From Lama guanicoe (taxonomy: Eukaryota), in NCBI GenBank assembly GCA_013239625.1, contig MU054212.1, forward strand, positions 186,001 to 250,000: 64,000 bases of DNA, given 5' to 3'. The position numbers and the translations under genes were made by a program. Under the pieces are notes generated by a model. It was not told the DNA's origin and ran no database searches. It was given only the letters and a program-made list of their open reading frames with translations. Positions within the stretch are counted from its first letter, which is position 1. Every line of letters starts with the position of its first letter. Below, piece by piece: positions 23,470-36,680 of the stretch.

Positions 23470-23950
23470 CTCACAAGCAGAGAAATGAGAAACTACCTCA
23501 AGATACCACTTTTTTCACCTAGCAGTAACAATGGTAAACAAACCTGATAGCACACTTCATTAACCAGGGTATGAGTATACAACGGCCAGAGTAGATGTTA
23601 ACTGATATCACCTGCATGAAGATTAATTTGCTATATCTACTAAAACCGAAAATGCACATACACTTTGATAGAGCAATTCTGTTTTTACAAATTATGCTGC
23701 AAAATACATATGGGCAAAATAGAATGTATACAGGGCTATGCATTCAGTATTATTTTTTACAGCAAAATGTTGGACATAAACATCCACTAATAGGTCTCTG
23801 CTTAATTATGATAATTCATATATTTTAATACTCTGAAGTGCTTTTCAGCCATCAAAAAGAATGAGGTAGCTTCTATGTATTGTTATAGATGGATCACCCA
23901 GAATTTCAACTTAAAAATGCATAATATGATATGTTAACCTTTGTGTTAAT
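23470..23950 (+). mobile_element. L1ME-type 3' fragment
   Basis: 'aaatgcacatacactttgatagagcaattctg...cagccatcaaaaagaatgaggtag'. Confidence 0.6.
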
Positions 23951-24596
23951 TTATAGACCAGTTTCCAAGGCCAAGTAGGAATAATTTTTAAATCATATGT
24001 TTCTCTCTTTTTCCCTTGAATCATCAAAAGTTGATTTCAACTACATTTCTGATACTAAACATTACTGTTATAACTCATCTTTTAGGCATGGTAATAGAAT
24101 ATCAAGTGTAAGCCAGCAGAATTTGTGTGGGTAGCTCCCCCATTTCTTTCCACCTTTCCCTAGCAAATATTCTGGGAAATGAGGCACTTTTTTCCTGAAT
24201 TAAGTGTGCTTCACTGTGACATCATTCCTTCTTCCTTCACCCAATACTTCCAACTTGACCCATAGCCCAAACTACATTCCTTTCTCATTGGAACTTAAAG
24301 TCCCCCCTACTCACCCAATGATATTTTAACCACACAAAAAAGCCTTCAAACTAAAGGCTAATTTCCCTAAATTCCCTAAAGGCTATTGCAAAATCACTTA
24401 GCAAAGTGTCTGAGAATGGTTATGGATTGCTATCCTACCTGCCTTAGTTTTTCAGAGATGCTATATGGTATGAATAACTGGAAAGAGAAACTTTCTGCAG
24501 TTTATGGGCACATTTGTTTTCAAACCTATTTTCCAGAATGCTGACTCCTTGGTATCCATTCTTTTCCTTTGCTTATTAGATATTCTCCATTAGAAT

Positions 24597-24607
24597 ATGA
24601 CTCAGCA
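24597..24607 (+). promoter_or_regulatory. Perfect ARE/MARE motif (NRF2/BACH1-sMAF)
   Basis: ATGACTCAGCA; motif match only. Confidence 0.3.
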
Positions 24608-24884
24608 AAGTAATACAGCTACAGTCTGTCTTTTACCCTTAATCTGGTTCATTCTCAACTCTTCATCTACCAGGAAATGTGACAGTTAAAATGAATGTCC
24701 TGGAACTCAGAAAAGGAATAACACTCTTCCCGCAGATGTAGGCTTTATACCAGGGCAACCCATGCATTTTGCTATTTTGCTTTATTTTTCACATCATTCA
24801 TATTAAACATCATTCTTTGTGACTGTCAAGCAAATACACATGTTGTCTATCACCAGGAGTAGAAGTCCAAACACTTCTGCCCAC

Positions 24885-25306
24885 TGTGTCTTGGTATCGG
24901 AGTTACCAAGGAAAACCCAACAGAGTCACTGGATGGAACACCTTATTACTCACATCGATAAGACACAGAGCAAAATCAGCTTCAGTCATGGGTGCTGGTC
25001 CCATTACTGGCTGCCCTCCTGGCAGCTGCCACAGAGTGATCGGCCTGCAGACACTCCTCTTGTGCCTCAGAGTGAAGGACCCCATCCCCTCCCTGCAGGA
25101 ATGTAGTAGTGGTGCCATTTGACACATGCTTAAACTGAATATAGGTCCAAAACAGGGAAAGATATTTCCACACAAGACGACAAGCCCAGCACAGTCTGTA
25201 AGGATTCCTTATCTCTTGATAAAAAAGTGTTCCAGGCCTGAGGCCCATTTTTACATGGCCAAGCGGGGGACAGAAGACTTCATACATGAGGCTGCCTTTT
25301 CCAACA
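24885..25306 (-). mobile_element. ERVL-class solo LTR (MER74/MER73-like)
   Basis: TG...CA termini; right end reverse-complements to 'tgttggaaaaggcagcctcatg'. Family name tentative. Confidence 0.55.
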
Positions 25307-25379
25307 GTGACCCTTTAACTGGTGATGGCTTCCTCCTTCTCTGGGAATGGCCCCAGGTCTATTTATAAGATTTTGTTCC

Positions 25380-25786
25380 TCTAGCCATAGGTATGGGTGG
25401 GTGGCTGACCTAATCTGGATTAGTCAGCCCTAATCCCTAAATTTTTGTTTCAGAAGTAAGAAGAGAGAGAGCCTCTCTCTGGGGTGGGAAACAGAATGTG
25501 AAACCCAGGAACTGCTGGCTACCATGGTTCCTGCTATGTAGGGAAAGCTTCTTTGCAATAGGCAAGAATTAAGGCTCCAATGTAGAGAAAGGCAAAAACA
25601 GACATGTAAGAAAGAGAGGATTGGTAGCCATGAAGTCTGGGTTCCAGTGGACCCTGAGTCTCATTGCATCTTTGTCTTCCCCACAGTCATGTGAAGTATT
25701 CCAATACCCTTCCTCTAAATTAGCCATTTGCCTAAGCTAATGAGTAGAGCTGGGTATCTCTGAGTTCCAACTAAATCAGCCCTGAC
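25380..25786 (+). mobile_element. MLT1 (K/L-type) LTR
   Basis: 'gaactgctggctaccatggttcctgctatg...ttgcctaagctaat...caactaaatcagccctgaca'. Confidence 0.6.
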
Positions 25787-25834
25787 ATTGCTTACATGAA
25801 CATATCCACCTGGCCTAGCCTACCTTCTATCTAA

Positions 25835-26065
25835 ACATCTGAGTTCTGAATATGAATCCTTGGCTCCAGGACTTACAAGCTGTATGATCTTGGATAGTTA
25901 TTTAACCTCTTTTGGCTCAATTTACTCATCTGTACTGTCTGTTTTATAATAGAATCTACCTCAAAGGAATCTTATGAGGTTTCAGTGAGTGAATGACTGA
26001 AAATTGCTTTTAACAGTGCCTGAAACATATTAAGGGCTCAAAAAAGGTAACTATTATTATTATTA
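25835..26065 (+). mobile_element. MIR SINE
   Basis: 'gaatccttggctccaggacttacaagctgtatgatcttggatagttatttaacctct...aacagtgcctgaaacatattaagggctcaa'. Confidence 0.9.
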
Positions 26066-26139
26066 CCATATATCACTATACTCATATGTTACCATATATA
26101 AAACATGTATTATAATAATATATTTAGAATAATAATGAA

Positions 26140-26350
26140 AAAAAACTTTTTTGTGTGCTTGTTATATGCCAGATATAGTACTAATTTAATATCTCACTAA
26201 CACTCACAAAACCTATGAGGTAGGAAGTACTATTAACCCCACAGTACAAAAATGAAATACATAATTTGCCCAAAGAAATCACACAACTTGCCCAGCTAGA
26301 AATAGGCAGGCTCACTAACTGGAGTCATTCCTCTTTTACTTCAAAACCTA
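26140..26350 (-). mobile_element. MIR SINE
   Basis: 'ctcacaaaacctatgaggtaggaagtactattaacccc...aacttgcccagctagaaataggcag'. Confidence 0.8.
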
Positions 26351-26379
26351 TACCCTTTTTAAAAAAACTTTTTGGAGCG

Positions 26380-27540
26380 TGTGTATGAGGGTGTATAATA
26401 CATGTAAAGAAAAACGTACAAAGCACAGATGTTCTGCTAAATGCTCATAAGTGCACACCAAGTGACCATCACACAGGCAAAGGAATACAACATTGTCAGC
26501 ATGCCAGGTGTCCCCTCAGAGCCTTCTCTAAATCTCTCTATTAATCTCTTCCCCAAAGGCAAGCCACTTCTTATGGTGACTTGTACCATGTCAAGTTAGC
26601 TAAGCTAGAAATATGTTTTCCAGAATGTCAGGCTAGAGTTCTATCACAAGAGAAATTTGCTCAAGATCTGGGAGGCAGGAAGAAAACAGTAGCCATCCCA
26701 CCATGAAAGTCACTGGAGAGCACCAGGCACTGTTGCACTGACACTGATCTGCTGGCTCCCGCTGCAGACACAGGGCAGCAGCCAGCATGCAGCTCCTTCA
26801 ACTCCCACCGACCTCCTCCTCAGCTTCTCCCAGTCTTAGGTCAGTTGTACCTGTAGCTCCATGGCAAATGGTGAGAGAAAAATATAGTTAACAGTTTGTC
26901 CTCATGGGTCCCAGGTTATCCTTATGGTTCCTGTGTGTCCACAGCATCCAGCCTGTCCTTATTCTCCCCTACCTGTCATCAAGCTGTCCCTCCTGGCTGC
27001 AGGTCCTACAGACTCCCGGCCACTCATGCCCACCCCTCAACCCTTAATTGACAGCACACTTTGTGGTTCTGCTTCCCAGATTGGACCCTAGCTGGTGCAA
27101 CTCTCCTCATTTCTAGCACTGTAGCTTATTTTGCCTGTTTTTAAACTTTATATAACTGAAATCACACAATGTGGATTCTTTTGTGTCTGGCTTTTTAAAT
27201 TCAATAGCACGTCTGCGGGATTGATCCATGTTGTGGCATGTAGCTGTGGTGTGTTCCTTTTCACTGCCATTTTGTATATTGCATGAATATATCACAATTA
27301 ATTTAATCTTAGCTAACAATCTTAACATTGATTGTCAATTGTGTTTGTTTCTACTTTGGGTTTATGGTGAATAATGCTGCTGTACACATTTTTGTACCTA
27401 TTAGTGCATTTGACCAGCATTTCTGTTGACTATACCTAGGAGCAGGATTGCTGGGTCATAGGGTTTCATTTGTTTAATTTTAATAGAAAATACTAAACTA
27501 GTTTCTAAAGTGTTTGTACCAATTTATGTTCCCACCTAAA
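26380..27540 (-). mobile_element. L1ME-type 3' fragment interrupted by an LTR
   Basis: 'tttgtgtctggctttttaaattcaatag...gatccatgttgtggcatgtagc...atacctaggagcaggattgctgggtcatagg'. Confidence 0.8.
26572..27099 (+). mobile_element. ERVL solo LTR (LTR41-like)
   Basis: Start 'tatggtgacttgtaccatgtcaagttagctaagctagaa', end 'gtggttctgcttcccagattggaccctagctggtgca'. Confidence 0.65.
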
Positions 27541-27759
27541 ACCTTCTACTCACTTCAGTTTAAGTTTCTCAATTTACACAATATAAGCATACTCTCATCT
27601 CCCCTTATGTCATCCCCTCCCCAAAACTGCTTCATTTTTAATGTTCTGTAGTTTAACACAAGACAAGAATAAGCCTTGAATATTTTTTGCTGGTTTTAAT
27701 TTACTTTGTAAATAACACCAAATGTTTATTTTTTTAAATGCTCTATCAATAGTGGATAT

Positions 27760-28278
27760 GTTGTAAATATCTTACTCACCAGTAATAAGACATATCAACA
27801 TCATATACCTTCTGATATGATGTAGTAAAAAGGACATAACATCACATTTGTGATATTCTTGCCCCAAATGCATAACCTCAATCTAATCATGAGAAAACAC
27901 CAGACAAACCAAACTGAAAGACATTCTACAAAATAACTGATCATTCCTCATCAAAAGCATCAAGTTCATAAGGAAACACTGAAGAATTGTCACAGATTGG
28001 TTGAGGTTAAGAAGACACAGAGATTAAATACAGTATGAGATCCTGGATTGAATCACTGAATTGAAAAAGAACATTAAGGGTAAAACTGGTCAAGTCTGAA
28101 TAAGGACTGTGGCTTAGTTAACAGTATTGTCCAATGTTAATTTACTTGTTTTAATAATTGTACTATGATTATGCAAGTTGTTAACTTGAAAGAAAGATGG
28201 ATAAGAGTATGTGTGAACTTTCTGCACTGCTTTTGAAATTTTTCTGTAAACGTAAAGTTATTTCAAAATAAAAAAAAA
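27760..28278 (+). mobile_element. L1MC-type 3'UTR
   Basis: 'atgcataacctcaatctaatcatgagaaaacaccagacaaacc...gacattctacaaaataactg...aagttatttcaaaataaaa'. Confidence 0.9.
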
Positions 28279-28289
28279 CACATAAAAGG

Positions 28290-28990
28290 AAAATAGTTAT
28301 CCTGGGTCATGAAATAAACAGAGTCTTCTTTATTTTTATGTTCCTTGGAAGAATTTGTGTAAGATTATTATTTCTTCTTTAATGTTTGGTAGAATTTATC
28401 AATAAAGCCATCTAAATTCAAGTTTTCTTGGTGGGATTGTTTTAAATTATGAATTCAATTTTAATTAGGAATTACAGAACAGTAAAGATACTCTAATTTT
28501 TCTGAGGACTATTTTTAATTTATCTAGGAACTTATCCATTATCCATTTCATTTAATTTTGAAAGTTGCTGCATAAAGATTTCTATATTTTATTATCTATT
28601 TATTGGCTATTGGATCTGTAGTGATTTTTTTTTCATTTTTGATATTGGCTATTTTTCCCTCTCTCTTTTATCTGATCATTCTGATGTATGGTTTTACCAA
28701 CTTTTGTTTTTCAAATAGAGAAATTTAAACGTTTTAGAGGCTCTTTATTTTATGTTTGTTTTCTCTTTTACTAATTTATTTTCTTATATTTGTTATTTCA
28801 TTCTTTCTACATTATTTGGCTTTAATTTGTGGTTCTTTTACTAACATTTAGAAATAGATTCCTAGGTATTGGTTTTCAGCCTTTCTTATTTTCTAATGCA
28901 ATCACTTAAGGCTGTAGGTTCCCCCGAAGTGAACTTATGCAACTCTCTACATTTGATGTCCTGTTTTCATTATCATTTAATTCAAAAGTG
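28290..28990 (-). mobile_element. Old L1 ORF2 fragment
   Basis: T-rich antisense L1 text 'ttggaagaatttgtgtaagatt...aatgtttggtagaattt'. Confidence 0.7.
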
Positions 28991-29199
28991 CTTTACTGCC
29001 TCAGAAACCTATCATGCTCACTTCCACAGCATTTTCCTTCACCTTTTCCCTTTTATAAAAATGTTTTCTTAATCATCAGAATCTATAATGTAAAAGAATT
29101 TTGCTAGGCATAACAAGGACACAAAAAGATTTCTGCCTTCGAGAATCTTGTTGAAAAGTTAAGATATATAAACATGAACGTAAAATAATGAATTCACTT

Positions 29200-29700
29200 G
29201 AAATACAGTAAATGACACATGAGTGGTACAGACAATAAAAAGGAAGCCTGACTGCAGTATTTGGAGTAAAATTCATGCTGAATGTGGATTTTAGCTGAAC
29301 TTGTACTTATGGGAGAGATTTAGACAGAGGGAAGGGAGGGATAAGAGAGACTAAGGTTAGCAAAGACCTAGTGGATAGAAAGTTCAAAGAGATATTTACG
29401 GAAACTGAGTAAATCAGCATGAGTAGATCGTACTGAAGAGTTTGTGTGATAAAACAAGAGAATTAAAGTGGACAAAAATAGGTCCATCTTATATATCACT
29501 TTGCATAAATTCAATATTATAGAGAATAGAGAATTATTTTAAATTTTTTGGATTGGCAATTGAAACAAAGAACACGTATTGTAAGAATATTTATCTGTAG
29601 TCTTGAGCTGGGTAAATTGAAAGGAAAATAAGTTAAAAGAAAGAAACCATGAGTATTATTAGGTCTTTATTGGCGTGATTATAGTGGAAATTAGAAGGTC
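29200..29700 (-). mobile_element. Degenerate L2 fragment
   Basis: Purine-rich antisense L2-like text 'ttagctgaacttg...gggagagatttagacagagggaaggg'. Confidence 0.45.
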
Positions 29701-30149
29701 TATGGGAGAACTTGCCTGGGGACATCTCATTGACTCATGCTGTCACTTTGACCTCAGTGAATAAAAACAAAAGTATATCTCTTATCACATAAAAGAAACC
29801 ATGCATTTGATTTCAGACTGAGAAGAGAATTAGAAGTAACAATTAGGTAGCCTTTAGTATATGTTTCAATGCTTTTTCTCAGCTTTTTCTTTTTCTGGAG
29901 AAACACTTGCTGATATTTTGGGTTTATTTCTGTTGCTACAACATGTATGAGGGTAACTGTTGCAATTTTCACTTTGTCAATTACATTGGCCAAGAGATAG
30001 TGCACTGCATTTCACCTGATGCCTTCCATATTTGTATAGATCCCAAACCCCATAGTTCAGCAATGAGCCAAAAATATGCCATATCTGCATGCTAAAGGTC
30101 ATTCCCTTGAAACACATCATACTAAATGGAATTTTATTTCTTGCCAAAA

Positions 30150-30530
30150 ACGTTGTGGGCGCCTGTCACAACATTTATCTTCCTTCCATCAACAGCAGCA
30201 GTGGCAGCAGCATCATAATACTTCATGTTCAACCTTGGATGACATCAGAAACTCTCCAGCATGTTTCTATGAATTTTCACCATATGCCTGGAAACTCAGG
30301 GCCACTGTTCCCACATTCCCCATCTCTTTATCATCACACATTGAGTCACTTTCTTTGGAAACTCCCTGGTAACCCTGTCTGGTAGCAAAATCATTGACTT
30401 TGCTCTCAGTATAATAAAATCTTATAGTTGCAAATTATTTCTCTTGTATTGGTTGGTTTTTGTCTTCTCCATTAGGTTATAAACTCTTTATGAGCTGAGA
30501 GTGTTCAAAAAAATGTTTCATAACTGATCA
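30150..30530 (+). mobile_element. Degenerate L2 3' fragment
   Basis: 'catatgcctggaa...tttgtcttctccattaggttataaactctttatg'. Confidence 0.45.
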
Positions 30531-33500
30531 ACTCCTATTCTTTGATAACATGTGAGTTTCATAGGGTTGTATATGAATTTATCTTGTTCTTCATAATTTT
30601 ATTCTCTTGCATCACCTTCATGGGCTAATGAAAGCAGAACACCTCCTGGCATTCTGAAAAGCACTAACTGGAAAGCACTATACTGAGAAAATGAGTGCTT
30701 TTTAAACATTTATATTCTCTGTTGTTATACTACAGTTCCCAAAGCTGCCTGAAAAAGCCACAATTTTCTTATTGCTGATGGTGTCAATCATGAAAATGCT
30801 GATGTCTATAACAAGAGAACTTGTTAAGAGGAAGGAACACATCTTCCCCACTCTTCTCATTTCTCTGAGGAAGGATGTTTCTCTGAGCACTTCTGGCTTC
30901 TTGGCCCACCCCTTACTTTTCACCATGGATACAGAGTGTTACGTGATTTGATGAGTCTAGGAAAGGAATTGGACATGTACAACTCAGCATCGTTTTTTAT
31001 CATTCTCTTCCTCTTAGGAGCCAGCAATGCTCCTCTATGCCAGAAGTTTTAGAGGGCAGATGCCATAGAGGGGCAGCACTGCCTGAGGCTGGGTAGGTCA
31101 GCCTCTTTCCAAGTATTGAGTATTAGCATTAAGCTGCCCATTTTTGCTGCACACTCAAGCTTCCAACATCTAGACTCTTGATTTCCATCTGACTTACTCT
31201 TTGTCATAAGATTAGTCAGGAAAGAAGTGGGTTTATTGTGTCTCCCTCCAACCTCAAAGTGCTATCAGACATTTGGCTGGTGTTGGTAGAAGTTAGTAAG
31301 ATCCCAAGGCAATGCTGCTCTCTGATTGTGGGTGTGACAGACATCTATGTCCTCCCTAAGAGCCGGTGCTAGAGTCAGTGCTCACAGTGGTCACTGTAGT
31401 CCCCTATACTTCTGTCTCTGATAAATGACCAAGTTCCTCTCATTCTACTCCATGTGGCCTAAAGCCACAAACCAACCTCAAGGAACACACAGCATCCCAT
31501 AATGATCAATCAATGCCTTCCTTCATCAGGGCAGAGACATTTCCCAGTCTGGCTGATTCTATAATTCCCTTTTGAATGACAGCTCTGCACACAATGTGAT
31601 CTTACCACAATACTTATATCTTACTTTGTGAAAGCACTTCTAATTTATGTCCATTAAATTGCATTTTTGTACACTCTGCCTTTTAAAGTAGCTTCCAGCA
31701 AGTGGGATTATCACAGTAGAGTGCTTTTTATGCCTCAAAGGAAAGGAGCCTTCTGGTCTAGCCTATAAATGTACATTGTGGAACTTCACTGCATATTGAC
31801 AATGTCTCTACCAATCTAGAGATCAGAAATCTAAAGACTCTTCTTACAAACCAGCTTAATTTAAATCAAATAAGAGTATGACCAGAGTCAGTCTCAGCAT
31901 GGAACATTGCAACCTCAGTGCCTTACTTCCCAGTGACCCAGATAGCCTCTAAAACGGTGGGTAAAGTAGTCACAAGTGAAACCTCCTTTCTCTAGTTCTT
32001 CCCTTCCACCTCCCACCCATACTTACCTATCTAGTGTCCAGACCTTTCTTTCTTCTTCTATGCCCAGATCTGGCTGATGTATATGGAAATAAAATCTCCC
32101 AACTTTTACTCACTGAGACCAACTGAGCTTATTATATGATCTTAGCTCTTGTTCCAAGAAAACCAAGATCAATCTCAAAAAACAGTCTTCTGAACTTGGC
32201 AGACACTTGTGTGGGAAAGTCTTTAAACAAAAACAAATTTGTTGACGTACTGGGACAAGAAACTCAAAGAACAGATAAAATGTTCCATGAGCCAACTCTG
32301 CCCTCAGCTTCAGCATTCATACTTTTCTCAGCCAACAGTCCCTGTTCTACACTATAGATGAAGGCAACTCATCAGTTTATCATGATTAGGTCAAACGCCT
32401 TTACCAAAGGACTAAAAGAACACCAAGATAACCATGGGGAGAATGGAGCAGCATGAAGAGAACTGCAGAAATCTCAAGCTGTGGTACATAAAGAAAACAC
32501 CTAATCAACAAAAGGAATGCAGAAAAGTATCAACAACACATGATACAGTGAGATAGCTTTTGTACTTCTAGTCTATGCCAACCAATTAATTTCCTCTGGC
32601 CACACTCCCCTTCTCTCCAACGGTCCATAGAGAGGGGTCCCTTTGTCTGTGTTACAGGGAGTGACAACATGACAAAACTTACTGAGTTCTGCTTCAAAAT
32701 AGAAATACAAATAAAGATTAGGGCTCCCCAAGGAAGGAAATTGCTTTTCCTTTCCCAAGCAACAAGTGAAGGAGTCAGGGAGAAGAGGGTTCTGGGGAAT
32801 ATCAAAACAGCTGCAGCTCCTTAGGCAAAGGAAAACTGTACTGTTTAGGGACAGCCTCATGCTAGGGAAAGAGATACTGTTAAGAAAACTGATCTTATAA
32901 AGGAGCAAGGCAGCCAGAAACCAGAGTGAATCCCTTTATACCCAGTGGAAAACACTGGAGGCTTTTGGCAACTCAGTGGATCAATTTATTATTCAAAAGG
33001 TGACGGAGACCTCTAGGATTTGTGCCTATGTGCCTCTTTTTCCTCTGTGGGTTCTCAGACAACAGGGGCTTTAAAATGGCACACAGGAGCCAGAACAGAA
33101 GATACAAGAATGTCAAATAAATCCCACGCACAGTGCTATACATTTTTGGTGCTGTGAAATCTTCCTGGGTTGTTTTTCTCCAGCGTTAATAAAAGTGGAA
33201 CCAACAGAAAAGCCACTGAGATGCTCAGACTTGCTTGCTTATCTACACTACTATCTGAGCAAGGCAATTCTTTTTTCTTCCTCAGAAGTTCCTGTCTTCA
33301 CTGATAGAAATCAATAATAAGAATTATTTATTTCCCAGAGTCTCAAAGTGCTGCCCAGTCACCAATCCTGAGATTCACAATTCTGATCAGTATGTAGCTA
33401 GTAGAATAGATTTATCTTCGAAATATCAATATCTGTGTTCAAACCAAGAATAGGTGCAACCAACAGTGGAAGGATTAGAGCATGCAATTCAATGTCCCAT

Positions 33501-33949
33501 CAATATAAACCAGGGCCATTATGTCGGTGCTACTAAAAATGATATTAACTGATGAGGTGACCACCATTAATGCAAGTCATATTGTGATGTCATTGGCAGT
33601 GTTGTTGTCCTAATGATTCATGATACTCCTCTGAGCCCAGACGGAGAGCTATTGTCCACTCATGCCCCATAAAATAAGGAGGACCCAAAAGACTGATAGT
33701 ATTTTCCCCGGTTCTCGGATAATAGTAATACTCTTTGTTTTCTGTGTATAAACTAGTCTCTCCAAAGAGAAACTCATCGACAATAATTAGTTCCCTTGTA
33801 TCTTTTCACAAATATGTCCAAATAGAACCAGATATGTCCCGTGGAGCTTGCAGCCTAGAACTAGCATTTTCATTAAAATGGCACACTTCAGTCAATTGAT
33901 AATAATAAATTGCTAGTTGTGGAATAATTTCTTTGGTATTTTATGAAAT

Positions 33950-34790
33950 TCAAAAATAATATTTAATAATAATGTATCAATATTGGTTCATATTGTAACA
34001 AATGTATCACACTAATGTAACATGTTTTTAAAAAGGGGGGAATTGATGGGGCGGTGAGGGCATTTACAGGAACTCTGTACTTTCTGCCCAATTTTTCTAT
34101 AAACTTAAAACTACTCTAAAAATTAAAGTCTATTTTTAGAAATAGGCAATTATCTGAACAGAAAACTCACCAAAGAAGATATACAGAGAGCAAGTAAGCA
34201 TATCAACAGATGTTCAACATCATTTGTCACTGAAGAGTTGCAAATTAAAACAATAATTAGATACCATATTATACACCTATTAAAATGGCTTAAATCCAGA
34301 AAACTGACAATACCAATTCTGGAGAAGATGTAGAGCAACAGGAACTTTTATTCATTGCTTGTGGAAATGTAAAATGCACAGCCAGTTAGGAAGACAATTT
34401 AGCTATTGATTACAAAGGTAAATAGAGTCTTATCATCCAGTTAATCTCGCTACTAGGTATTTACCCAGCTTATTAAAAAAGTTATGTCCATACAAAACCC
34501 CGCATGTGAATATTTATAGTAACTTTATTCATAATTGCCCAAACTGGAAGCCACAAAGATATCCTTCAACAGGTGAATGAGTTAATAAGCTGGTATCCAT
34601 ACAATGCAATATTATTCAGTGATAAAAAGAAAGATATGAGTTGTCAAGCTACAAAAGACATTGATGAACCTTAAATGCACATTCCTAAGTAAAAGAAGCC
34701 AGTCTGAAAAGGCCATATATTTTATAAATCCAATTATGTGACAGTCTGTAAAAGGCAAAACTATGAAAACAGTAAAGACTAAAGAGATCC
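33950..34790 (+). mobile_element. L1MC/MD-type 3' fragments
   Basis: 'ggaactctgtactttctgcccaatttttctataaacttaaaactactctaaaa', then the ORF2 end 'ggagaagatgtagagcaacaggaact...aaagaagccagtctgaaaaggc'. Confidence 0.9.
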
Positions 34791-34798
34791 CTTGTTGC

Positions 34799-34912
34799 TG
34801 TTGGGTCACAATCTCAGGAGCTTCCTGGGTGGAATCTGAACCTGGTTCCCATAGAGAAAGGGTGAGGACAGGCAGACGACTCTAGATTGGCAGGCAGAAG
34901 GTTTAATGAGAA
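34799..34912 (-). mobile_element. Short LTR-end fragment
   Basis: Begins 'tgttgggtcacaatctc'; contains reverse poly(A)-signal-like 'ggtttaatgag'. Confidence 0.4.
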
Positions 34913-36109
34913 ACAAGATGACCAAAATATATATATACACACACACATATATTTTTTCATAAATTTACCACAAATGAAACAAAGCCAAGTTTATCAAAAT
35001 TCCTTAATTGTAATCTACTCTATAGAATATCAATGCTGGAAAGAACCTTGAAAGGTCATCCAGTTCCTTTTCAAGCTTTCAGAAAAAACCAAAAGACCTG
35101 GGAATAAAAAAAAAGGAGAAGGAAAAAACGATTCTACTCTTATCTCAGCCACTAATCCATTTGACCTGGGACACATCACATCATCTCCCTCAATTTCAAT
35201 GTCTTTGTATATATGGAGAGAGCATCGGGCCATGTATCTAGATGAGCAGAGAAAATAAAATAATGAACTCTCATGTACCCATCACCCAACTTAAACAATT
35301 TTCAATTCATGGTCTGTCTTGTCTCATTCATAACCTGCTTATTTTTACAACTGGATTACTCTGAAGCAAATTCCTGACATCATATCATTTCATAAGTGAA
35401 ATTTTAAACTGAAAAAGGAATCAATAGTTTAGATTAACTAGTACTAATTACATGTAACACATTTAAACTATGAATTAAAATGTTCCTAATTAGAAGTGAG
35501 TTGTACCAAGCTGACTACATGAAGATATTATTTGATATTTCAACAGGAAAATGTATGTACTGATCTAAGCCAAGATAGGCAAACCTCAGCTTCAATCCTG
35601 ACAATTGCCCAAGTTCTTGACTCTAGGCCTTCCTTCTGCCCTTTGGACTTGAACTTCATCTTAGTTTCACTGGTTTGACGTACTCTCAACAGACAACTTG
35701 CCTCACCTCTTTGGTTCTTCTTGTTCTATTTCAGGCAATGCTTATCATGACATCTCCACACCTAGCTTAAGCAGGAATTCAACTGGTGCTTATTTAAGGA
35801 GTGATGTCGATGGCAAGAAGTCTCAATGAAGGGAGAAATACTGGCCACATTCTCCAGGACTCACCTCACCAAAATAGCAGTTTTCCTTTCAATTTTTAGT
35901 GTATTCTTCTGCTTAGGAAAATAGTGATACCCAATGACTTCTCATCTGCAGGATCATTCAAATGACCTTGGGTGTGCAGACAAGCCGGGGTGGCCCCTGC
36001 ATCAGGCAGAACCAGGGCAACCCTGCAGGTTGCCTAATCATACTTTATTTCTAATGATCTCTGAGCTCAGACAGAAAATGCCTTCTTGGTGCTATTAAGG
36101 AATTATTTT

Positions 36110-36680
36110 TAGGAAACAACCTAAGTGTCTGTCAATGGATAAATGGATAAAGAAGATGTGATATGTGTACACAATGGAAACTTATTCAGTCATAAAAAAA
36201 GGAAATCTTGACATTTGTGACTATGTGGATGGAATCTGAAGCCATAACACTAAGTGAGCTAAACCAGACAGAAAAAACTAAATATTTCACGGCATCATTT
36301 ACAAGTGGACTCTTTTTTTAAAAAAAAAGTCAAACTCACAGAAACAGAGTGTAGAAAAGTGGGTTACCAGGGGTTGAAAGGACGGCAAGAATAGGGGGTA
36401 AAGACAAAAACTTTCAGTTATAAGATGAATAAGCTCTGAGGATCTAACTTATAGCATGGTGATTATAGTTGATAAGACTATCATACAAGAGAAATTTGCT
36501 AAGAAAGAAAAATTTCAGTGTTCTCACCAAAATGTGTGTGTGTGCTGATAAATGTGTTAATTAACTAGACGGGAAGAATCCTTTCATGATGTATACATAC
36601 ATCGAATCATCACGAAGTAGACTTTAAATTAATCTTACAACTTTATATGTCAATTATACCTCAGTAAAGCTGGAAAAAAA
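36110..36680 (+). mobile_element. L1MA-type 3' end
   Basis: 'ggaaacaacctaagtgtctgtcaatggataaatggataaagaagatgtg...tcagttataagatgaataag...gtcaattatacctcagtaaagctggaaaaaaa'. Confidence 0.9.
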
